Of a stretch of DNA of 64,000 nt, positions 21,032 to 32,490 are shown piece after piece (position 1 is the stretch's first letter; each line of letters opens with the position of its first letter). The notes below the pieces were generated by a model. The model made no database searches, was not told the DNA's origin, and saw only the letters and a program-made list of their open reading frames with translations. Position numbers and translations under genes: made by a program. Origin of the DNA: a phage; the sequence record PZ386947.1; one strand, 5' to 3'.

Positions 21032-24000
21032 ATGGCCGAGATTAAAAGAAAGTTCAGAGCAGAAGATGGTCTGGACGCAGGTGGCGATAAAATAATCAAC
21101 GTAGCTTTAGCTGATCGTACCGTAGGAACTGACGGTGTTAACGTTGATTACTTAATTCAAGAAAACACAGTTCAGCAATATGATCCAACTCGTGGATATT
21201 TAAAAGATTTTGTAATCATTTATAATAATCGTTTTTGGGCAGCAACGGATAATATTCCAAAACCTGCTGGAAATTTTAATAGAATTCGTTGGAAAGCATT
21301 ACGTACTGATGCCGTATATACAACCGTATCATCTGGACCATATCAATTAAAATCCGGAGAAGCAATTTCAGTAGATACATCAGTTGGCAATGACATTGAG
21401 TTTACTTTACCACCTTCTCCGCTTGATGGAGAAACCGTAATAATTCAAGATATTGGTGGAAAACCTGGCATAAATCAGGTTAAAATAAATTCTTCAAATC
21501 AGAGTATTGTCAATTTTAGAGGTGAACAGGTACGTTCAGTTTTAATGACTCATCCAAAGTCACAGATGGTATTCATTTTTAATAACCGTTTGTGGCAAAT
21601 GTATATTGCTGATTATAGCAGAGAAGCTGCAATTGTTACTCCATCGACTGCATATCAAGCACAATCTAATGATTTTATCGTACGTAGATTTACTTCTGCC
21701 GCACCGATTAATGTTAAACTTCCAAGATTTGCCAATCATGGAGATATCATTAATTTCGTTGATTTAGATAAATTAAATCCACTTTATCATACAATTGTTA
21801 CGACATATGATGAAACAACGTCAGTGCAAGAAGTTGGAACTCATTCCATTGAAGGCCGTACATCGATTGACGGTTTCTTGATGTTTGATGATAATGAGAA
21901 ATTGTGGAGATTGTTTGACGGGGATAGTAAAGCACGTTTACGCATTATAACGACTAATTCAAACATTCGTCCAAATGAAGAAGTTATGGTATTTGGTGCG
22001 AATAATGGAACAACTCAAACAATTGAGCTTCAGCTTCCGACTGATATTTCTGTTGGTGATACTGTTAAAATTTCCATGAATTACATGAGAAAAGGACAAA
22101 CAGTTAAAATCAAAGCTGCCGGTGAAGATAAAATTGCTTCTTCAGTTCAATTGCTGCAATTCCCAAAACGTTCAGAATATCCGCCTGAAGCTGAATGGGT
22201 AACAGTTCAAGAATTAGTTTTTAATGGTGAAACTAATTATGTACCAGTTTTGCAACTTGCTTATATAGAAGATTCTGATGGAAAATACTGGGTTGTACAG
22301 CAAAACGTTCCAACAGTTGAAAGAGTCGATTCTTTAAATAATTCTACTAGAGCAAGATTAGGCGTAATTGCTTTAGCTACACAAGCTCAAGCAAATGCTG
22401 ATTTAGAAAATTCTCCGCAAAAAGAATTGGCAATTACTCCAGAAACGTTAGCTAATCGTACTGCTACTGAAACTCGCAGAGGTATTGCAAGAATAGCAAC
22501 TACTGCTCAAGTAAATCAGAACACCACATTCTCTTTTGCAGATGACCTTATCATCACTCCTAAAAAGCTGAATGAAAGAACTGCTACAGAAACTCGTAGA
22601 GGTGTCGCTGAAATTGCTACGCAGCAGGAAACTAATACAGGTACTGATGATACTACAATCATCACTCCTAAAAAGCTTCAAGCTCGTCAAGGTTCTGAAT
22701 CATTATCTGGTATTGTAACTTTTGTATCTACCGCAGGAGCTACTCCAGCTTCTAGTCGTGAATTAAATGGTACGAATGTTTATAATAAAAACACTAATAA
22801 TTTAGTTGTTTCACCTAAAGCTTTGGATCAGTATAAAGCTACTCCAACGCAACAAGGCGCAGTAATTTTAGCAGATGAAAGTGAAGTAATTGCTGGACAA
22901 AGCCAAGAAGGATGGGCAAATGCGGTTGTAACGCCAGAAACGTTACATAAAAAGACATCAACTGATGCAAGAATTGGTTTAATTGAAATTGCTACGCAAA
23001 GTGAAGTTAATACAGGAACTGATTATACTCGCGCAGTCACTCCTAAAACTTTAAATGACCGTAAAGCAACTGAAAGTTTAAGTGGTATAGCTGAAATTGC
23101 TACACAGGTTGAATTCGACGCAGGCGTCGACGATACTCGTATCTCTACACCATTAAAAATTAAAACCAGATTTAATAGTACTGATCGTACTTCTGTTGTT
23201 GCTCTATCTGGATTAGTTGAATCAGGAACTCTCTGGGACCATTATACCCTTAATATTCTTGAAGCAAATGAGACACAGCGTGGTACACTTCGTGTAGCTA
23301 CACAAGTTGAAGCTGCTGCAGGAACATTAGATAATGTTTTAATAACTCCTAAAAAGCTTTTAGGTACTAAATCTACTGAAGCACAGGAAGGTGTCATTAA
23401 AGTTGCAACTCAGTCTGAAACTGTGGCTGGAACGTCAGCAAATACTGCTGTATCTCCAAAAAATTTAAAATGGATTGTGCAGAGTGAACCTACTTGGGCA
23501 GCTACTACTGCAATAAGAGGTTTTGTTAAAACTTCATCTGGTTCAATTACATTCGTTGGTAATGATACGGTAGGTTCAACACAGCCATTAGAATCATATG
23601 AGAAAAATGGTTATGCAGTATCACCATATGAATTAAATCGCGTATTAGCAAATTATTTGCCATTAAAAGCAAAAGCTGTAGATAGTAATTTATTAGATGG
23701 TCTAGATTCGCTCCAGTTCATTCGTAGGGACATTGCACAAACAGTTAATGGTTCACTAACCTTAACCCAACAAACGAATCTGAGTGCCCCTCTTGTATCA
23801 TCTAGTACTGCTACATTCGGTGGATCAGTTTCAGCAAATAGTACATTAACTATTTCTAATACTGGAACGGCAACTCGTCTGATTTTTGAGAAAGGACCTC
23901 AAACTGGAACAAACCCAGCTCAAACGATGACAGTCAGAGTGTGGGGAAATCAATTTAGTGGGGAATCAGACACAACACGTTCTACCGTATTTGAAGTTAG

Positions 24001-24901
24001 TGATGAAACGTCTAGTCATTTTTATTCTCAGCGTAATAAAGCTGGAAATATAACATTTAATATCAACGGTACAGTAACACCGATAAATGTTAATGCTTCA
24101 GGAACATTGAATGCAAATGGTGTAGCAACATTTGGTAATTCAGTCACTGCAACTGGTGAAATTATTTCTCGAAGCGCAAATGCTTTCCGTGCTATTAGCG
24201 GAAATTATGGTTTCATTGTTCGCAATGACGGGTCAGTAACGAATTTTATGCTTACTGCATCGGGTGATCAGACTGGCGGATTTAATGGATTGCGTCCTTT
24301 AGCTATTAATAATGCATCTGGCCAAGTAACGATTGGTGAAAGCTTAATCATTGCAAAAGGTGCTACTATAAGTTCGGGTGGTTTGACTGTTAACTCGAGA
24401 ATTCGTTCTCAGGGTACTAAAACCTCTGATTTATATACCCGTGCGCCAACATCTGATACAGTAGGATTCTGGTCAATCGATATTAATGATTCAGCCACTT
24501 ATAACCAGTTTCCGGGTTATTTTAAAATGGTTGAAAAAACTAATGAAGTGACTGGACTTCCATACTTAGAACGTGGTGAAGAAGTTAAATCTCCTGGTAC
24601 ATTGACTCAGTTTGGTAACACACTTGATTCACTTTACCAAGATTGGATTACTTATCCAACGACCCCAGAAGCACGTACCACTCGCTGGACGCGTACATGG
24701 CAGAAAACTAAAAATTCTTGGTCAAGTTTTGTTCAGGTATTTGATGGAGGTAACCCTCCTCAACCTTCGGATATAGGAGCAATCCCATCTGATAATGGAA
24801 TAATAGGTAATCTTACCATTCGTGATTTCTTACGAATTGGTAATGTTCGCATTATTCCTGACCCAGTGAATAAAACTGTTAAATTTGAGTGGATTGAATA
24901 A
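21032..24901 (+). CDS. 34: long tail fiber proximal subunit gp34
   Basis: 1289 aa, identical in length to T4 gp34; N-terminus MAEIKRKFRAEDGLDAGGDKI... Confidence 0.95.
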   Translation: MAEIKRKFRAEDGLDAGGDKIINVALADRTVGTDGVNVDYLIQENTVQQYDPTRGYLKDFVIIYNNRFWAATDNIPKPAGNFNRIRWKALRTDAVYTTVSSGPYQLKSGEAISVDTSVGNDIEFTLPPSPLDGETVIIQDIGGKPGINQVKINSSNQSIVNFRGEQVRSVLMTHPKSQMVFIFNNRLWQMYIADYSREAAIVTPSTAYQAQSNDFIVRRFTSAAPINVKLPRFANHGDIINFVDLDKLNPLYHTIVTTYDETTSVQEVGTHSIEGRTSIDGFLMFDDNEKLWRLFDGDSKARLRIITTNSNIRPNEEVMVFGANNGTTQTIELQLPTDISVGDTVKISMNYMRKGQTVKIKAAGEDKIASSVQLLQFPKRSEYPPEAEWVTVQELVFNGETNYVPVLQLAYIEDSDGKYWVVQQNVPTVERVDSLNNSTRARLGVIALATQAQANADLENSPQKELAITPETLANRTATETRRGIARIATTAQVNQNTTFSFADDLIITPKKLNERTATETRRGVAEIATQQETNTGTDDTTIITPKKLQARQGSESLSGIVTFVSTAGATPASSRELNGTNVYNKNTNNLVVSPKALDQYKATPTQQGAVILADESEVIAGQSQEGWANAVVTPETLHKKTSTDARIGLIEIATQSEVNTGTDYTRAVTPKTLNDRKATESLSGIAEIATQVEFDAGVDDTRISTPLKIKTRFNSTDRTSVVALSGLVESGTLWDHYTLNILEANETQRGTLRVATQVEAAAGTLDNVLITPKKLLGTKSTEAQEGVIKVATQSETVAGTSANTAVSPKNLKWIVQSEPTWAATTAIRGFVKTSSGSITFVGNDTVGSTQPLESYEKNGYAVSPYELNRVLANYLPLKAKAVDSNLLDGLDSLQFIRRDIAQTVNGSLTLTQQTNLSAPLVSSSTATFGGSVSANSTLTISNTGTATRLIFEKGPQTGTNPAQTMTVRVWGNQFSGESDTTRSTVFEVSDETSSHFYSQRNKAGNITFNINGTVTPINVNASGTLNANGVATFGNSVTATGEIISRSANAFRAISGNYGFIVRNDGSVTNFMLTASGDQTGGFNGLRPLAINNASGQVTIGESLIIAKGATISSGGLTVNSRIRSQGTKTSDLYTRAPTSDTVGFWSIDINDSATYNQFPGYFKMVEKTNEVTGLPYLERGEEVKSPGTLTQFGNTLDSLYQDWITYPTTPEARTTRWTRTWQKTKNSWSSFVQVFDGGNPPQPSDIGAIPSDNGIIGNLTIRDFLRIGNVRIIPDPVNKTVKFEWIE
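22430..23475 (+). repeat. internal tandem sequence repeats within gene 34 (fibrous shaft)
   Basis: Repeated ~40-aa units of form (I)TPK(K)L..R.ATE..RG.A.IAT..E.N.GTDD seen at least six times in the translation. Confidence 0.6.
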
Positions 24902-24909
24902 GAGGTATT

Positions 24910-26025
24910 ATGGAAAAATTTATGGCAGAGTTTGGACAAGGATATGTCCAAACGCCATTTTTATCGGAAAGCAATTCAGTAAGATATAAAATAAGCATAG
25001 CGGGTTCTTGCCCGCTTTCTACTGCGGGGCCATATGTTAAATTTCAGGATAATCCCGTTGGAAATCAAACATTTAGTGCAGGTCTTCATTTAAGAGTTTT
25101 TGACCCTTCTACGGGAGCATTAGTTGATAGCAAGTCATATGCTTTTTCTGCTTCAAACAATACAACATCTGCCGCTTTTGTCAGTTTCATGAATTCTTTG
25201 TCAAACAATAGACTTGTTGCTATATTAACTAGCGGAAAGGTTAATTTTCCTCCTGAAGTGGTATCTTGGTTAAGGGGAGCAGGAACTTCAGTTTTTCCAT
25301 CAGATTCAGTATTGTCAAGATTTGACGTATCATATGCTGCTTTTTATACTTCTTCTAAAAGAGCTATTGCATTAGAGCATGTTAAACTAAGTAATAGAAA
25401 AAGCACAGATGATTATCAAACTATTTTAGATGTTGTATTTGATAGTTTAGAAGACGTCGGAGCGACAGGATTTCCAAAAAGAACTTATGAAAGTGTAGAG
25501 CAATTCATGTCAGCAGTTGGTGGAACTAATAACGAAATTGCGCGATTGCCAACTTCAGCTGCTATAAGTAAACTTTCTGACTATAATTTAATTCCTGGTG
25601 ATGTTCTTTATCTTAAAGCACAGTTATATGCTGATGCTGATTTACTTGATCTTGGAACTACAAACATATCCATTCGTTTTTATGATGCATCAAATGGATA
25701 TATTTCCTCGACCCAAGCTGAGTTTACTGGGCAAGCTGGGTCTTGGGAATTAAAAGAAGACTATGTAGTTGTTCCTGAAAATGCAGTAGGATTTACGATA
25801 TATGCACAAAGAACTGCCCAAGCAGGTCAAGGCGGCATGAGAAATTTAAGCTTTTCTGAAGTATCAAGAAATGGCGGAATTTCAAAACCTGCTGAATTTG
25901 GTGTCAATGGTATTCGTGTTAATTATATCGGTGAATCCTCTTTACCTCCAGATATAATGGTACTTCCTACACAGGCATCGTCTAAAACTGGTAAAGTGTT
26001 TGGACAGGAATTTAGAGAAGTTTAA
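24910..26025 (+). CDS. 35: long tail fiber hinge connector gp35
   Basis: 371 aa (T4 gp35 is 372), immediately after gene 34. Confidence 0.85.
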   Translation: MEKFMAEFGQGYVQTPFLSESNSVRYKISIAGSCPLSTAGPYVKFQDNPVGNQTFSAGLHLRVFDPSTGALVDSKSYAFSASNNTTSAAFVSFMNSLSNNRLVAILTSGKVNFPPEVVSWLRGAGTSVFPSDSVLSRFDVSYAAFYTSSKRAIALEHVKLSNRKSTDDYQTILDVVFDSLEDVGATGFPKRTYESVEQFMSAVGGTNNEIARLPTSAAISKLSDYNLIPGDVLYLKAQLYADADLLDLGTTNISIRFYDASNGYISSTQAEFTGQAGSWELKEDYVVVPENAVGFTIYAQRTAQAGQGGMRNLSFSEVSRNGGISKPAEFGVNGIRVNYIGESSLPPDIMVLPTQASSKTGKVFGQEFREV

Positions 26026-26030
26026 ACTGA

Positions 26031-26054
26031 GGGAGCCTTCAGGTTCCTTTTTTC
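26031..26054 (+). terminator. intrinsic terminator or attenuator after gene 35
   Basis: Stem GGAGCC / GGTTCC with TTCA loop, followed by T7 run. Confidence 0.5.
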
Positions 26055-26056
26055 TT

Positions 26057-26064
26057 TATAAATA
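26057..26064 (+). promoter_or_regulatory. late promoter (TATAAATA) for gene 36
   Basis: Exact TATAAATA 24 nt upstream of gene 36 ATG. Confidence 0.55.
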
Positions 26065-26087
26065 ATATTAAAATAAAGGGGCATACA

Positions 26088-26738
26088 ATGGCTGATTTAA
26101 AAGTAGGTTCAACTGTGGGTGGATCTGTCATTTGGCATCAAGGAAATTTTCCATTGAATTCAGCCGGTGACGATGTACTCTACAAATCATTTAAAATATA
26201 TTCAGAATATAATAAACCACAGGCAGCTGATAATGATTTCGTTTCTAAATCTACTGGTGGTACTTACACAGGCCCAGTTACTATTAATTATGGTGTAAAT
26301 AGTTATCTTCAATTAAGTAATAATGAAACCCCCATCCGAATTCGTTCTGGTGGCGGCACTGGCAATACTCTTGTAGTTGGTGGCTCTTCTGGCGGTATTA
26401 GTTTTAGACCAGCAGGTAGTGAAATCACTACTGGACAAATTACTATTACGCCAGAAGGTTTGACAACATTTACCAAAGCTGTAAAGGCTCCATCTGTAAC
26501 TGTTACATCTACTCCTTCCGCAGCATCTGATGCTACTCGTAAAGATTATGTTGATGGAGCAATAAATACTGTTACAGCAAATGCAAACTCTAGGGTATTA
26601 CGCTCTGGAGACACTATGACAGGAAATTTAACTGCGCCAAACCTTTTTTCACAGAATCCTGCATCTCAACCTTCACACGTTCCACGATTTGACCAAATCG
26701 TAATTAAGGATTCTGTTCAAGATTTCGGCTATTATTAA
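26088..26738 (+). CDS. 36: long tail fiber distal connector gp36
   Basis: 216 aa, position between 35 and 37. Confidence 0.8.
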   Translation: MADLKVGSTVGGSVIWHQGNFPLNSAGDDVLYKSFKIYSEYNKPQAADNDFVSKSTGGTYTGPVTINYGVNSYLQLSNNETPIRIRSGGGTGNTLVVGGSSGGISFRPAGSEITTGQITITPEGLTTFTKAVKAPSVTVTSTPSAASDATRKDYVDGAINTVTANANSRVLRSGDTMTGNLTAPNLFSQNPASQPSHVPRFDQIVIKDSVQDFGYY

Positions 26739-26746
26739 GAGGACTT

Positions 26747-29692
26747 ATGGCTACTTTAAAACAAATACAATTTAAAAGAAGCAAAACTGCAGGTCAACGT
26801 CCTGCTGCTTCAGTATTAGCCGAAGGTGAATTGGCTATAAACTTAAAAGATAAAACAATTTTCACAAAAGATGACTCAGGTAGTGTTATAGAATTAGGTT
26901 TAAAATATGGAGGAACTATAAATGGGTCTTTAGAGGTTACAGAAAATATAACTGGAACTTTAATTGGAAATTCTAGCACAGCTACTAAATTGCAAACACC
27001 TAGGAAAATTAATGGTATATCTTTTGATGGGTCAAAGGACATTACCTTAACTCCATCTGACATAAATGTCAATAGCACAACATTTATAAAAAATAATGGC
27101 GAATTACCTACTGATGCTAATTTAGATACGTATGGGCCCATTGAAGAATATCTTGGTGTTTGGTCGAAATCTACTTCAACAAATGCGCAACCAGCAAATA
27201 AATTCCCAGAAAAAAATGCCGTAGGTGTACTAGAAGTGTTTGTGGCCGGCCAATTTGCTGGCACTCAGCGTTATACTGTAAGATCTGGTAACGTCTATAC
27301 TCGTTCCTTATCTGCTAAATGGAATGGCGTCGATGGTCCATGGGGTGTGTGGCGTAATGTTCAAGCGTCAACTCGTCCACTTTCACAAACGATTGACCTT
27401 GATAGCTTGGGAGAATTAGAACATTGTGGCTTATGGCGAAACAGTTCAAGCGCAATCGCATCATTTGATCGCCATTATCCAGAAGAAGGATCAGCCGCAC
27501 AAGGATTTTTAGAAATATTTGAAGGTGGTTTATACACGAGAACTCAGCGTTATACTACCCGCATGGGTATGGTTTATACTCGTTGTCTCGCTGCTGCATG
27601 GGATGCTAGTGCACCTAAGTGGGAGGAATGGAAGCAGGTTGGTCATGGCACACCAGCGACTTTCTATGATGGTGACCTTAATGATTTTAAAACTCCTGGG
27701 TTATATAATATTTTAGGCACCGATGCCGTTATTAACTGCCCTACAGGTGAAGGTTTGCCGCCTGTTATTGTTGGTTTGCTGGAAGTTAAACAGCGTGCTT
27801 CTGGTGGTGCTATTTTCCAAAAATTTACTACTGCCGGAACAGGCGCAACTACTCGCGGACGTATTTTTGAGCGTGCATATACTGGTGGTGCGTGGGGTGC
27901 ATGGAACGAAGTATATACATCTTACTCTCTGCCAATTACTTTGGGTATGGGTGGTATTAAAGCTCAATTAGCGGAGTTAGATTGGCAAACCTTTGATTTT
28001 GTTCCTGGTAGTATGTTTAGCGTTCCTTTGAACAAAATAAAGAACATGCCAGCAAATATGGATTGGGGGACGATTGACGGAAACTTGGTTATGTTTTCCG
28101 TTGGTCCTAGCGAACACACTGGCACAGGGCGTACTGTTCAGGTTTGGCGCGGTACTGTATCCCAGACAAACTACCGTTATTTCGTTGTTCGTATCGCTGG
28201 TAATCCAGGAAGTAGGACTAATACTTGTCGCCGTGTTGTTCTTGAAGACGGATCACATACTTGGACTGCTCAACAAAACTTTAGGGGATTGCTGAATATC
28301 ACTGCTGCTGTTAATCTTGGTGCTAATCAGAAAATTTCACTTGCTCCAGGAGCATATATTCAAGCCCCTGCTAGCGGTTCTGGTTCTAATACTTACGCAA
28401 ATCAGAATACTACCATTGCGCCATTATATCAGGCTATTGACAATTCAAATAAAAACCAGTTTGCGCCAATTGTTAAACAGAAAAATACTGTAAGTAATAT
28501 CACCTTTGCCACTGGTATGGCTATAGGTACATCCGAATATAAGATCATTGCTCAGGGTGATTTATCCGCTGATGGAACAGCAGATGGGTTAAAACAGTGG
28601 ACTTTCATGCCGTCAGGTTATTTTAAATCTCCAGGGCGTGTATATGTCGGTGGTGCGTTCCTTAATACAGATGGTAATATTGCCGGTTCAATCTGGAAGA
28701 AATATAACAATGCGACAAATTTAGATGCTGCCTTGAATACTCGCGTAGGTAAAGGCGGTGATACGATGACAGGTCGGTTAACAATCAATACACCTAATGA
28801 TTCTATTGTATTATCAACGACTGCTAGTAATTCTTTGCATATTCGTGGTGACATAGACGGGACTGGTAACTGGTATATTGGTAAGGGTGGTGCTGATAAT
28901 TCGCTAGCATTTTATAGCTATGCTTCTCAGGCGGCAGTACATATCACAAACAATGGTGAGATTGCGTTAAACCCGCAAAATACCACAATGGTTAACGTTA
29001 ACCGTGACCGTGTACACATTAACGGTTCTGGATGGATTGCTAGACAACCGGGTGATTGGGGCAACCAATGGCAAGTAGAAGCTCCATTATTCGTTGATCA
29101 TGGTTATGTTTCACAGGATTGTTATTATCCTATTCTTAAAGCAAGAAGCGTTATAACCAATCAAGGATATAGCACCGCTGTTGACTTTGGTATGCGTCGT
29201 ATTCCATCACAGTGGGGGCAAGCAATCATTCGTGTCGGATCCACGGAGGCTTCTCCTGATGCTGGACACCCACAAGCTGTGTTTGAATTCCATCATGATG
29301 GATTCTTTTATACACCAGGAAATGGTAGCTTTAGCGATGTGTATATTCGTTCTGACTCCCGTCTCAAGATTAATAAAGAAGAATTAGAATATGGAGCGGT
29401 CGAAAAAGTTTGCCGACTGAAAGTTTATATTTACGATAAAGTTAAGTCTATTAAAGACCGTAGTGTTATTAAACGTGAAGTTGGTATTATTGCTCAGGAC
29501 CTTGAAAAGGAATTACCGGAAGCTGTATCTAAAGTTGAAGTTGATGGATCTGATGTTCTGACAATTTCTAACTCTGCTGTGAATGCTCTTTTAATTAAGG
29601 CTATTCAGGAAATGAGTGAAGAAATTAAAGAATTGAAAACGCCTCTCTTTACTAAAATTGCTCGCAAAATTAGTAAATATTTTAAATTCTAA
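26747..29692 (+). CDS. 37: long tail fiber distal subunit gp37
   Basis: 981 aa; N-terminus [22 protein letters not shown] typical of gp37; shorter than T4 gp37, consistent with a T2-type gp37/gp38 arrangement. Confidence 0.9.
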   Translation: MATLKQIQFKRSKTAGQRPAASVLAEGELAINLKDKTIFTKDDSGSVIELGLKYGGTINGSLEVTENITGTLIGNSSTATKLQTPRKINGISFDGSKDITLTPSDINVNSTTFIKNNGELPTDANLDTYGPIEEYLGVWSKSTSTNAQPANKFPEKNAVGVLEVFVAGQFAGTQRYTVRSGNVYTRSLSAKWNGVDGPWGVWRNVQASTRPLSQTIDLDSLGELEHCGLWRNSSSAIASFDRHYPEEGSAAQGFLEIFEGGLYTRTQRYTTRMGMVYTRCLAAAWDASAPKWEEWKQVGHGTPATFYDGDLNDFKTPGLYNILGTDAVINCPTGEGLPPVIVGLLEVKQRASGGAIFQKFTTAGTGATTRGRIFERAYTGGAWGAWNEVYTSYSLPITLGMGGIKAQLAELDWQTFDFVPGSMFSVPLNKIKNMPANMDWGTIDGNLVMFSVGPSEHTGTGRTVQVWRGTVSQTNYRYFVVRIAGNPGSRTNTCRRVVLEDGSHTWTAQQNFRGLLNITAAVNLGANQKISLAPGAYIQAPASGSGSNTYANQNTTIAPLYQAIDNSNKNQFAPIVKQKNTVSNITFATGMAIGTSEYKIIAQGDLSADGTADGLKQWTFMPSGYFKSPGRVYVGGAFLNTDGNIAGSIWKKYNNATNLDAALNTRVGKGGDTMTGRLTINTPNDSIVLSTTASNSLHIRGDIDGTGNWYIGKGGADNSLAFYSYASQAAVHITNNGEIALNPQNTTMVNVNRDRVHINGSGWIARQPGDWGNQWQVEAPLFVDHGYVSQDCYYPILKARSVITNQGYSTAVDFGMRRIPSQWGQAIIRVGSTEASPDAGHPQAVFEFHHDGFFYTPGNGSFSDVYIRSDSRLKINKEELEYGAVEKVCRLKVYIYDKVKSIKDRSVIKREVGIIAQDLEKELPEAVSKVEVDGSDVLTISNSAVNALLIKAIQEMSEEIKELKTPLFTKIARKISKYFKF

Positions 29693-29698
29693 CAACAA

Positions 29699-29716
29699 GG
29701 GGGAAATGCCCCCTTT
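29699..29716 (+). promoter_or_regulatory. intergenic hairpin between genes 37 and 38
   Basis: GGGGG-AAATG-CCCCC stem-loop plus TTT, directly upstream of GGAG Shine-Dalgarno of gene 38. Confidence 0.45.
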
Positions 29717-29728
29717 GGAGTATAAATT

Positions 29729-30508
29729 ATGGCAGTAGTTGGAGTTCCTGGCTGGATTGGAAGTTCAGCCGTAAATGAAACGGGTCAGCGCTGGATGAGT
29801 CAAGCAGCTGGTCAATTAAGATTGGGTGTTCCTTGCTGGATGAGTCAATTTGCAGGTCGCTCAAGAGAAATTATTCATACACTTGGAGCAGACCATAACT
29901 TCAATGGTCAATGGTTCCGAGATAGATGTTTTGAGGCAGGTAGTACACCTATAGTGTTTAATATCACTGGAGATTTAGTATCATATTCTAAAGATGTTCC
30001 TTTATTCTTCATGTATGGAGATACACCGAATGAATATGTTCAGTTGAATATACACGGCGTAGCGATGTATGGCCGTGGCGGTAATGGCGGTAGCAATAGT
30101 CCTGGTTCAGCTGGCGGTCATTGTATTCAAAACGATATTGGTGGGAGACTAAGAATTAATAATGGCGGAGCTATTGCTGGAGGTGGCGGCGGCGGAGGCG
30201 GCGGCAACAGGGGTAGACTATCCTTTGGCGGCGGAGGCGGTCGTCCATTTGGCGCTGGTGGGTCTTCCTCTCATATGAGTGCTGGTGCAACCTCCGGCAC
30301 TATTTACGCTCCGGGTGCAGGATCTGTCGGTGAGGGGTCTCTTAGTGCATATACAGGCGGGAATGGCGGTGAAGTTGGCTCCGCAGGAGGTAGATGTAAT
30401 ACTCACGGTACCGGTACAGAATATGACGGCGGTGCTGCTGGTTATGCCGTCATAGGGTCTACGCCGACATGGCAAAACGTTGGAGCAATATATGGTCCAA
30501 GAGTATAA
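29729..30508 (+). CDS. 38: gp38 receptor-binding adhesin (T2-type, glycine-rich)
   Basis: 259 aa with multiple poly-Gly stretches ([24 protein letters not shown]) separating short variable segments; follows gene 37. Confidence 0.8.
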   Translation: MAVVGVPGWIGSSAVNETGQRWMSQAAGQLRLGVPCWMSQFAGRSREIIHTLGADHNFNGQWFRDRCFEAGSTPIVFNITGDLVSYSKDVPLFFMYGDTPNEYVQLNIHGVAMYGRGGNGGSNSPGSAGGHCIQNDIGGRLRINNGGAIAGGGGGGGGGNRGRLSFGGGGGRPFGAGGSSSHMSAGATSGTIYAPGAGSVGEGSLSAYTGGNGGEVGSAGGRCNTHGTGTEYDGGAAGYAVIGSTPTWQNVGAIYGPRV

Positions 30509-30538
30509 TGTGAATAAATACCCTTAAAAGGAGGGTCT

Positions 30539-31195
30539 ATGGCAGCACCTAGAATATCATTTTCGCCCTCTGATATTCTATTTGGTGTTCTAGATCGCTT
30601 GTTCAAAGATAATGCTACCGGGAAAGTTCTTGCTTCCCGGGTAGCTGTCGTAATTCTTTTGTTTATAATGGCGATTGTTTGGTATAGGGGAGATAGTTTC
30701 TTTGAGTACTATAAGCAATCAAAGTATGAAACATACAGCGAAATTATTGAAAAGGAAAGAAATGCACGCTTTGAATCTGTCGCCCTGGAACAACTCCAGA
30801 TAGTTCATATATCATCTGAGGCAGACTTTAGTGCGGTATATTCTTTCCGCCCTAAAAACTTAAACTATTTTGTTGATATTATAGCATACGAAGGAAAATT
30901 ACCTTCAACAATAAGCGAAAAATCACTTGGAGGATATCCTGTTGATAAAACTATGGATGAATATGCAGTTCATTTAAATGGACGTCATTATTATTCCGAC
31001 TCAAAATTTGCTTTTTTACCAACTAAAAAGCCTACTCCCGAAATAAATTACATGTACAGTTGTCCATATTTCAATTTGGATAATATCTATGCTGGAACAA
31101 TAACCATGTACTGGTATAGAAATGATCATATAAGTAATGACCGCCTTGAATCAATATGTTCTCAGGCGGCCAGAATATTAGGAAGGGCTAAATAA
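30539..31195 (+). CDS. t: holin
   Basis: 218 aa; MAAPRISFSPSDILFGVLDRLFKDNATGKVLASRVAVVILLFIMAIVW recognised as T4 holin T, one TM helix plus large periplasmic domain. Confidence 0.9.
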   Translation: MAAPRISFSPSDILFGVLDRLFKDNATGKVLASRVAVVILLFIMAIVWYRGDSFFEYYKQSKYETYSEIIEKERNARFESVALEQLQIVHISSEADFSAVYSFRPKNLNYFVDIIAYEGKLPSTISEKSLGGYPVDKTMDEYAVHLNGRHYYSDSKFAFLPTKKPTPEINYMYSCPYFNLDNIYAGTITMYWYRNDHISNDRLESICSQAARILGRAK

Positions 31196-31468
31196 TTATT
31201 TGTTTGTATACATCTCTAGATATCGATATACACCCTCAAAACCCTCGTTGAATTCGTCGATGAGGGTTTTCTTATCTTCTTGGGTTAATTCAGAAACAAT
31301 TTTACGGAATGAATTCTGATTTAACTTTCTACCTTCATGCGTTACTCCAATCTCATTCAGAAATGCAATAAAATTAGCACGATTCTCAACAATATCTTCT
31401 CTGGAAAATTTAATCAAAATAGACGCAACAGTAATAATTTCACGAACTGTATCAATGTTTTTATTCAT
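31196..31468 (-). CDS. asiA: anti-sigma70 factor AsiA
   Basis: 90 aa; sequence MNKNIDTVREIITVASILIKFSREDIVENRANFIAFLNEIG... recognised as T4 AsiA. Confidence 0.9.
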   Translation of the reverse strand: MNKNIDTVREIITVASILIKFSREDIVENRANFIAFLNEIGVTHEGRKLNQNSFRKIVSELTQEDKKTLIDEFNEGFEGVYRYLEMYTNK

Positions 31469-31629
31469 TAACTATACCACTCAATTAGTTGACTTTATTA
31501 TAATATCATCAGACGCTTGATTTGTAAACTGGTCTGTGTTATTTTCTTCAAAAATTTTTTCTACGAATTCCTTGAACGACTCGCGTTCCTGAGCTACATT
31601 ATGCTCGATTACTTTTTCAAGATTATGAC

Positions 31630-31908
31630 TCATTCGAAATAATCTTCAATTTCATAATCATGGACATAAATCATTATAGTTTTTAATACATCATCAATAC
31701 TTTTTCCTGGAGCTGGAATTACGTAAAAATATCCTGCTTTTGAGAGGTCTTTATAAGTTCCAATCAAGAAATCATTATTCTCAAGATGTAGTTCTTCAAT
31801 TAATTCATTAACAATTGAGTGGTATAAATTTGGTAGAAACTTATATAGCTTTTCTAGAATATCAATTTTGATTGTGTATTGAACCACAGATTGAGAATCA
31901 ATAATCAT
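31630..31908 (-). CDS. arn: Arn-like anti-restriction protein (McrBC inhibitor)
   Basis: 92 aa acidic protein, same length and position (next to asiA) as T4 Arn. Confidence 0.5.
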   Translation of the reverse strand: MIIDSQSVVQYTIKIDILEKLYKFLPNLYHSIVNELIEELHLENNDFLIGTYKDLSKAGYFYVIPAPGKSIDDVLKTIMIYVHDYEIEDYFE

Positions 31909-31991
31909 AGACCTTCCCCTTATGTTTCTGTTTGCGATTAGATTCTTTAAACGCTTTCTTCTTATCCTTATGAACAGAAGCTTTATTAAAA

Positions 31992-32210
31992 TTATGTTTT
32001 GCGACTAAATTGTTCATAGTGCTGAATTACCTCTCTCAAACATTTGCATGTGAATGAAAACTTTTTAGCTACACCACATTCAAATATATGTTCTCTTAAA
32101 TCACGTGTATCAATATATCCCATCTCAACAATAAAATGCCGTATTAGATTTTTATCTTTATCATTGAGAGAATTAAAATAGTCAGATTTTGAATTAATTT
32201 CCCTGGCCAA
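31992..32210 (-). CDS. hypothetical protein (arn.x)
   Basis: 72 aa ORF. Confidence 0.35.
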   Translation of the reverse strand: MAREINSKSDYFNSLNDKDKNLIRHFIVEMGYIDTRDLREHIFECGVAKKFSFTCKCLREVIQHYEQFSRKT

Positions 32211-32490
32211 ATTGAATCACCTTCAGTTGACGTTTTAATTCTTTTATCATTTCTTCGTTCATCGCAATATAAAGATCGCGTAAAGCAGGTTTTAACATTC
32301 CATTTACTGGAGAACTAAATGGACATACATAATCTTTTCCTACGAGCTTTTTAGTTAATTCCATATCACAGAATTTAAATCCCGGTTCATTGGTATAAAT
32401 TCCCCAATTAGTTGACATCATTTTATTGGCATATTCCAGCGCCTGGATTTGATTCATAATTCCATCAATTTGAAACTTTTTAATATTCAT
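32194..32490 (-). CDS. hypothetical protein (arn.x)
   Basis: 98 aa ORF. Confidence 0.35.
   Translation of the reverse strand: MNIKKFQIDGIMNQIQALEYANKMMSTNWGIYTNEPGFKFCDMELTKKLVGKDYVCPFSSPVNGMLKPALRDLYIAMNEEMIKELKRQLKVIQFGQGN

Noticed and set aside
22448-22690. 80-aa minus-strand ORF inside gene 34
   Set aside because: It lies entirely antisense within a long, well-supported tail-fiber gene, has low-complexity Ser-rich composition and no ribosome-binding site; most likely a chance ORF.
26794-28295. ORFs antisense or out of frame within gene 37 (26794-27264, 27315-27500, 27519-27716, 27713-27971, 28074-28295)
   Set aside because: Embedded in the tail-fiber gene with no independent start signals; typical spurious six-frame hits.
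30218-30475. Minus-strand ORF within gene 38 encoding a Cys/Thr/Ser-rich peptide
   Set aside because: It is the reverse-complement reading of the glycine-codon-rich region (GGC/GGT runs read as Ala/Thr/Pro codons); an artefact of repeat composition.
31469-31633. Possible 50-aa ORF between asiA and arn
   Set aside because: The interval contains the asiA early promoter (GTTTAC at 31529-31524 with a TATTAT -10), so it is more likely a regulatory region than coding; not called.
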